Source: Octopus sinensis (lineage: Eukaryota). Taken from it: a DNA stretch of 15,770 nt. The DNA is taken from NCBI RefSeq assembly GCF_006345805.1, contig NW_021825412.1:1-15770 (forward strand), given 5' to 3'. Positions 9,437 through 15,770 of this stretch are shown piece after piece. The notes below the pieces were generated by a model. It made no database searches, had not been told where the DNA came from, and saw only the letters and a program-made list of their open reading frames with translations. Position 1 is the stretch's first letter. Every line of letters starts with the position of its first letter. Both the position numbers and the translations under genes were made by a program.

Positions 9437-9499
<63 letters not shown>
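9437..9499. repeat. (TA)n microsatellite
   Basis: Directly visible. Confidence 0.95.
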
Positions 9500-9500
<1 letters not shown>

Positions 9501-11046
9501 TAGCAGAGATACCCGGCGTTGCCAGTGTCACATGCAATTCAAGAATTAGTCTTTTCTGTTTATTTTCTGTAATGAACTGGAAAATCTATGTTTCGAATTT
9601 CATCAAATTTGCAGATGAGGGTTATTTCCCTCCTTTACACACACAAGAAAAATTGTAATCGTGCCACATGTATCCAATACCACTGAATTCAAAATTCCAG
9701 TCTTATAGAACCTGTTAAAAGGATTTTGCTCCTGAAAAATGAAGGTCATGGAGCTCTAAAATGTGAGAGTTAAGGCCCCAAGAAGAGAAGTTGAATTGTT
9801 GAGAATCTTTTTAACTTGGAACTTATATCTATTGTTTGAATTTCTTCGAAATAGGAAATATATGTTCACTGGGTTTGTAAAAGAGAGCAAAGCTACAGGA
9901 AACCAAAAGACGAATAAGCAGTCAGCTACCCTACCCCAGTCGTTACCACTCCCAATGTAGGATTCCTCACCATCCAGGTGACAAATCTATAGCAATCGGA
10001 AGGGCGTGACCCAACTGAAATAAACGTTAACAACTGTGTGACGTGAGGGTTAAGGAGAAATTAAAGTGTCACCTCTGGAGTTTGCAAAGGACCACTATAC
10101 TGATACGTAACTGGACAGAATAAATTTACAATCTATAAATGTCCTTGAACAACCAGTCACTCATCTGGGAAGGCCTTGAAATCAATGTTACCATCTGGGA
10201 ACTATGTGTGACCCAGTGACAATAAAATGTCTGAAAGGAGGTCTGCAATCAAATAACTTTACTCAACACTTTGCAACTGATCAGTGGAGTCAAAGATGCC
10301 TCACATTTACTTGACGATTTATGCAGCACATTGCAGAAATCACAATGTAAGTGTATGTCAAAGCAAACTGTTACACTGTTGTACTATTGAATTACAAAAA
10401 TGCTCATCTTTTATGCTTGGGTGACCCTACAGCTTCCAAGAGTACTACTGTATTCGTCTTTGCTTAGATGAAATGAGTAAATTGTGGGTGTTAAGTCCCC
10501 ACTTGTAAAAAGATGAAATTTTATATATATTACTTCATTTGTGTCTAATATCAACGCAAAAATATATGAATTGCCATGGGGTTATGGCCTTTATGCTTAG
10601 AATATAATTTCCAAATTTTGTAAAGATCCATTCAGTACTTTTGATCTAGTCATAAAAGAATTGACTAAAATTTGAGAGTTAAGGACCCCATTAGGGTGTC
10701 TTAGAATCTTCATGTGAAGTGGAAACTTTGAGAATACTTCTTGATGTGTGTGGTTGAAATTTCATCAACATCGAAAATTTATGAATTTTCATGGGGGTTC
10801 TACCATCTGAAATTCAAACCAAACATATTGCATTATACGCGCCCTTATGCATTGAATCTAAGTTTCAAATATCATAAGGATCCATTCCGTAATTTTGGTC
10901 CATGAAATTGTATGAAGCACACAGTATTACTCTTCTCCTTATGCTTGAATTTTGTGTTCCCAATTTCATTATGATCGGCACAGCAGTTTTCGAATGTATA
11001 AGTAACACACGAACACACATTAAGACATTGACTTTGATATAATAGA
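9500..11046 (-). mobile_element. Non-autonomous Helitron (1547 bp) with both termini
   Basis: The minus strand starts A|TCTATTATATCAAAGTCAATGTC...gccgatcataatgaaattgggaacac (5' TC at 11046). It ends in a GC-rich imperfect hairpin (9512-9525) followed by atctctgCTAG|T (9503-9500). It is inserted between A and T with no TSD, as established for Helitrons. Confidence 0.8.
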
Positions 11047-11063
11047 TATGAATATGCACATAT

Positions 11064-11072
<9 letters not shown>

Positions 11073-11111
<39 letters not shown>

Positions 11112-11115
11112 ATTG

Positions 11116-11147
<32 letters not shown>

Positions 11148-11148
11148 A
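11073..11148. repeat. (TA)n/(TG)n/(CA)n microsatellite
   Basis: Directly visible. Confidence 0.93.
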
Positions 11149-11382
11149 AGATAAATTGATAGATACAACTGAGTGGGGAAACAAAAATATGAGACGCAGC
11201 CTAGCGCTTTTTTTATGTTGATAAGCCTGGTACTTCTTCTATTAGTTTCTTCTTGTGAAACCAGTAAGTTATGGGGATGTATGTAAATGAACAGCAGTTG
11301 TGAAGCAGTGATGAGGGTGAAACACAGAGACAAAGGCACACATATACACTTACATATATACATACATATATATGCGAGTGAT

Positions 11383-11510
11383 TTCTTTCAGTTTCTCTCT
11401 ACAAAATCCCCTGACAAGTCTTTGGCTGATCTGAGGCTATAGCAGTGGAACTGAACCTGGGACCATGTGTTTTGGAAGCAAGTTTGTTACCACACAGCCA
11501 CACCTACACC
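11383..11510 (-). mobile_element. tRNA-derived SINE 5' part (second octopus-type family) with internal deletion
   Basis: Minus strand: A-box gtggctgtgtggtaa, B-box-like ggttcagttcc, then tatagcctc...aaactgaaagaa. It shares catggtcccaggttcagttcca (near-identical) with 15507-15567 but lacks the ggcaccttgggcaagtgtctt block. Confidence 0.75.
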
Positions 11511-11514
11511 TATG

Positions 11515-11531
11515 TATATGTGTGTGTGTGA

Positions 11532-11583
<52 letters not shown>

Positions 11584-11606
11584 TGAGAAAGAGTGAGAGA
11601 GAGAGA
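11515..11606. repeat. (TG)n(TA)n(GA)n microsatellite
   Basis: Directly visible. Confidence 0.95.
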
Positions 11607-11679
11607 CGTATGCACTAGTACAAATTCACTCATATTAACATTTACTGGACAGCAGATATGATATCTTAATTCCAGATAG

Positions 11680-11870
11680 AGAGGAGGGTGACACAAGGGT
11701 GTAAGAGTAACCACACATCACTGCCTTTCGTCAGTTTTCAGTTGAAATTGATGCATCATGGACGACTGCTATTGTTCCCTGGCTTTTGAGTCACAAAGAA
11801 GCTGTGAATTTACACGGCCAGCTTTCAAATATTGTTGGGGAATCAACTGTTTCTGTGAGGACAAAGAAAT
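11680..11870 (+). mobile_element. Possible mariner transposase N-terminal (HTH) remnant
   Basis: SHKEAVNL...NIVGESTVSVRT resembles mariner G.S..EA...I..V.GE.TVS.RT, and gagggt at ~11684 is TIR-like. The similarity is short and weak. Confidence 0.3.
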
Positions 11871-12757
11871 CTGAACACGACCCCTTTTTGCTCACGTCAT
11901 TTTTCTTGCAAGTGGCGACTACACATGTTCATATTAATATCAGTTTTGTCTCTGAGAAGTTGAAACCAGATGTAGAGTTGTGTAGTCGAGTCTGTAAAAG
12001 TGGGAAGCGAGGTTCAATAGGACTCTGTCCAGGGATTTTTCCTGTATAACGGAAGCAAAATTTTAGAAGCCAAAATCTACAGTTGTTACAATCTCATCAT
12101 TCCCATGGTCATTAATAAAGACTGTAACTCTGAGATTGCCTGGAATTTCTTATCTTATTCGAATTAGTAGAAATTAGATGATTATTTTATGAAAATGATT
12201 GTCTATATGGTTTTCCTAATATGGAATTATATTATCAGAGATATCGATATAATTATAAACATTCAGACGGGGAATGTTTGTATGCTGCATCATGCTGACG
12301 CCGACCCTCTACTTTGCAATTATAATACGCAACGTTATGCTTGATAGACTAGCCAAGTGGAGAGAATGCTTGTCCACAGGATATTCAAAAATATGTTTTG
12401 CTTTCACGGCGTACAAAAGTAACAAACGAAACCGTTGAACGGTTTCCATGAAGGAAATTTGGTAAAGAGCGGCAATCATATGTAAGTGCTGGACTTGTTA
12501 GTTTGTAACAGGTATATGATGGAAAATGATTTATGATAATACCTAACACTAGATACCACTGGAACCCGATGCGTGGATGTAGAAAACCTCAAGAAGCAAC
12601 CAACACAATGATACATTATACTCGAGGACACAAATGACCAAACTGCAGAGAAATTTGTGTATACCGCATCGTAATATATAATCAAAACACCGAGTGGATG
12701 TAAATCTGTAGAAGAAATAGCTTCCTCTCTGAGATAAAGCCACTAGCCGCATATACA

Positions 12758-12800
12758 AATACGTACGTACGTACATACATACATACATACATACATACAT

Positions 12801-12837
<37 letters not shown>

Positions 12838-12861
12838 TACATACATACATACATACATACA

Positions 12862-12890
<29 letters not shown>
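12758..12890. repeat. (TACA)n microsatellite with internal (CA)n
   Basis: Directly visible. Confidence 0.97.
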
Positions 12891-12895
<5 letters not shown>

Positions 12896-13361
12896 AGTAT
12901 ATATACTAAGAAGCGACTAAGCTTCTAAACTGAAATGAAGGCAGCATGTTCTTTGTCTATCTCCTTACCTTCTTGGAGATTTTAGGTAAAATTATCCTAA
13001 TGTGTCCATCTGTTTTAATGAAATGAAATTCTATGTCTTTATGCAGCAGAGGATTGCTCTGCATTTAAATTGATGTAATGATTGCATGGTTCAATTAAAT
13101 GGAGTGCTTGAAACGATCGTACTGCATACCTCTGGATATCCTTGTTGCTTGTTTTGATTGTAATCACTTATTTTGAAATTGTATGGATAATATCGTACTA
13201 AATTCTGGTGACTCAACTTAGTACCATATTCATTGGATATAATATAATATATATATATATATAATATATATATATATATATTTACTAGCAGAGATACCGG
13301 CGTTACTCGGGATAAAAAAGGTGTACTTTATATCCATATATATTACAGGTATGTTGAAACA

Positions 13362-13943
13362 GTCGTCGATAGGAGGAAAGAGTGACGATAAAACATTTGT
13401 AGAGCATATTTTAAAGCTTCACATAAACGACATTTGTGTTTAGCACACCAATTTGGACATCAATCATTTTTATAAGAATAGGATAAATCATATCTGAAAG
13501 CAGCTCCAGGTGTTGCGAAGAATGAATTTGTACGTGTCTGTTTCTGAGAGCTATTCTATTGGATCTGTGTAACCTGGCGTGCTATACGCTGGTTTTAATG
13601 ATTCAGCATTAAGTGCTGCTGCATGTCTTTGCAGATCTTGGGAAAGTCTCATCTTCTCTTTTCTCTTGAGACTCCATCTGATGTGCTGCAGAATGCCTTT
13701 GTTGATTTTGAGAAAGTCTCCTCTCCCTGTACTTGGCGTGCTGCAGCACATGTCCGGTGATCTTTGGAAAGTGTCATGTCCCTTCTGTATTGAGAATGCA
13801 TCTGACGTGCTGCAGCCTGCTGTTGCTGATGTTCAGAAAGTTTCATGTCCCTTAAGTCTTGAGACCCTTGCCTTCGCTTTTCTGCACTCCTCCTAACTTT
13901 ATACAGGTTTCTGAAGAGATTGTATTTTCTTATTTGGAGGCAT
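13362..13943 (-). pseudogene. Helitron RepHel N-terminus: STPR-like 23-aa repeats + AFRYD...IG...CxxC.ALK motif
   Basis: ATG at 13943 (MPPNKK). Frameshifted repeats such as ESQEKR-MRLSQDLQRHAAALNAES. Then GAAFRYDLSYSY (AFRYD 13501-13487), DVQIGVLNT, CRLCEALKY (13432-13406) and PPID, matching the pre-Rep zinc-binding region of animal Helitrons. Confidence 0.8.
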
Positions 13944-14157
13944 ATTTTTCAATATTTAAAACAAAAAATTAATAACATAAAAATATACATTATGCTCTAC
14001 TTTTGTAAGCAGTTGTGTGTAGTATGTCCATATTTTTGTATGCAGTGTAAATTAGCTAAATATAAGCAAATGTAAATACTTTGCACAACTACGATAATTA
14101 TGAACTGTTAATGAATGGTAGTTGTGTATTTTTATATAAATCCTGCCGTTCTCGTCT

Positions 14158-14159
14158 TA

Positions 14160-14232
<73 letters not shown>
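14158..14232. repeat. (TA)n microsatellite within the Helitron
   Basis: Directly visible. Confidence 0.95.
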
Positions 14233-14236
<4 letters not shown>

Positions 14237-15506
14237 GTGTAGATGCATGTGTGTGTTTAACAACGTACTAACAGGCAAACATACACACACACATACCACA
14301 TTCATATGCAAAATATGACGATACGCATAAATAAACTCATACATTCACATAGAGTAAGAGAGACAAGAGAGAGACGCATACAGCATACATTCACGCATGT
14401 CAGTCGTCACATGTGTATATGTATGTGTAGATGTGTATATTTACTAACATACCTAACGTGGAAACGTACACACAGTCGGAGAGACATACACACTCATACA
14501 CTCACACACTTACACTCAGAGACACATACACACACATATATGTAACACTGACGTCATCGTGGTATCAAATGTCCTTTGCCAGGTATCGAAACGCGCACAC
14601 CCACCCACCCACATAAAGTGAAGCAATATTCTATCAGACGAGGAAGTCAATTTGTAGTCAGAAATTTCAAACCCCGTTTCAGCGTATAAGCTGTAGAAGA
14701 AAATAGGTTGAGTGAAAAGACTGGAGCCACTTTGGGTATCTTTCCTAACGCATGAGCGCTCAGTGGCGAGGTTGAATTCTCATTGGTTAATAGTGGAGGC
14801 TTACCGGCTGCACCACAACTGCTTTCGATAGAGGGAAAAATGTAAATAGTGCAAGAAATTTAAAGTAAGTAATGTCGTAGGGAGAACGTACAAATAGCAT
14901 GAAGACAGAAATATTTGCGCGCGAGAGAGAGAACGAAACAGACAGACTTAAAGAGAGGAAGTATTGCAGAGGATGTAAGTGAGGAAAAGAAGAGATAAAT
15001 AAGCAGAAAAAGAAAAGGGAGGTAATCGCTTGAAATCTGCAGAAGTCAAAGGGAGAGAATCGGTTGAAAACCGCAGTTTTTACAAGAAACCCATGTGAAA
15101 AACCCGGTCGGTTTCTCGCATTACGTGGCAGCTCTGGACAAAATGATATGATCCATGACCATCCTTGGCATATAAGGAATGTGTGTGCTAAGTTTGGTGA
15201 AAATCAATTGAAAACTGTAGAAATGCATACGTACTACACACACACAGGCATCCATTGATTAGAGACGAAGCCACAGCGTAGCATCTAGGATGGAACCATC
15301 GACATCTGAAATACAGACTTTTGATCATTAGATAGACAACCCATCGTTACAAACTTGTTACTCCATCTGGCATCCCAATTCTCTCTGAGAATTACTGGAA
15401 GTGTAAATGCAACTGGGGAATACGCAGGCAACTCTGTCACTTTGCAGGTTAATTCCAAGAATACATTATGCAACAGACAGGACAAAATGAATACTTAGAG
15501 ATGAAA

Positions 15507-15567
15507 AACCATATGGTTCCAGGTTCAGTTCCAGTGCATGGCACCTTGGGCAAGTGTCTTCTATTAT
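15507..15567 (+). mobile_element. SINE fragment with B-box and CORE-like block
   Basis: ggttccaggttcagttccagtgcatggcaccttgggcaagtgtcttcta. ccttgggcaagt is the CORE-SINE signature. Same family as 11383-11510. Confidence 0.75.
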
Positions 15568-15616
15568 TAGGTCTCTAGTATTAGGTCTCTATAATTTTGT
15601 GATCCGGCTTAAGTAA

Positions 15617-15770
15617 TATAAATATTTTATTTATTTCGACTAAAATTCTTCGAGGTGGTGTTCTATAAATATATATAGTATCTCTTATCTATTACTTGTT
15701 CCGGTCATTAGATTGCGGACTTCCTGGAACACCTCGAAGGATTTTAGTCGAAATAAATAAAATATTTATA
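15617..15770. repeat. 41-bp inverted repeat around a SINE 3' tail, running to the window edge
   Basis: 15617-15657 is the reverse complement of 15730-15770 with 1 mismatch. Minus strand 15750-15680 (cgactaaaatccttcgagg...atgaccggaacaagtaatagataaga) resembles an octopus SINE tail. Confidence 0.85.

Larger units (their letters stand above)
13285..15260 (-). mobile_element. Internally deleted Helitron
   Basis: The 3' end actagcagagataccggcgtt (13284-13304) nearly matches 9499-9520, with hairpin ccgg-cgttac-tcgg and CTAG|T. The subterminal 5' region 15178-15258 resembles 10948-11031. The terminal TC is not found, so the 5' limit is approximate. Confidence 0.75.

Noticed and set aside
13610-13860. 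Periodic repeats as a CRISPR-like array
   Set aside because: The units are degenerate coding repeats without unique spacers, in a eukaryotic context with no cas genes.
13579-13896. 105-aa + strand ORF
   Set aside because: It is the antisense shadow of the 69-bp repeat region of the Helitron pseudogene.

Overview
AT-rich, microsatellite-dense animal genomic DNA with no intact protein-coding gene I can support. The SINE families resemble octopus elements as I recall them, so I infer a coleoid cephalopod. The window is a stack of decayed mobile elements. It holds two non-autonomous minus-strand Helitrons: one has intact A|TC...CTAG|T ends (9500-11046), and the other carries a pseudogenised RepHel N-terminus with 23-aa STPR-like repeats (13285-~15260). 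It also holds two distinct Penelope-like retroelement (PLE) families with GIY-YIG endonuclease remnants (8130-8890 on -, ~4290-5650 on +), several hammerhead-ribozyme-like motifs, two inverted-repeat MITE-like elements, tRNA-derived SINEs, and weak LINE and mariner remnants. Many insertions sit in or next to (TA)n tracts. Most ORFs in the track are artefacts of microsatellites. I see no new multi-gene system. The most interesting signals are the non-canonical PLE hammerheads and the Helitron cargo.
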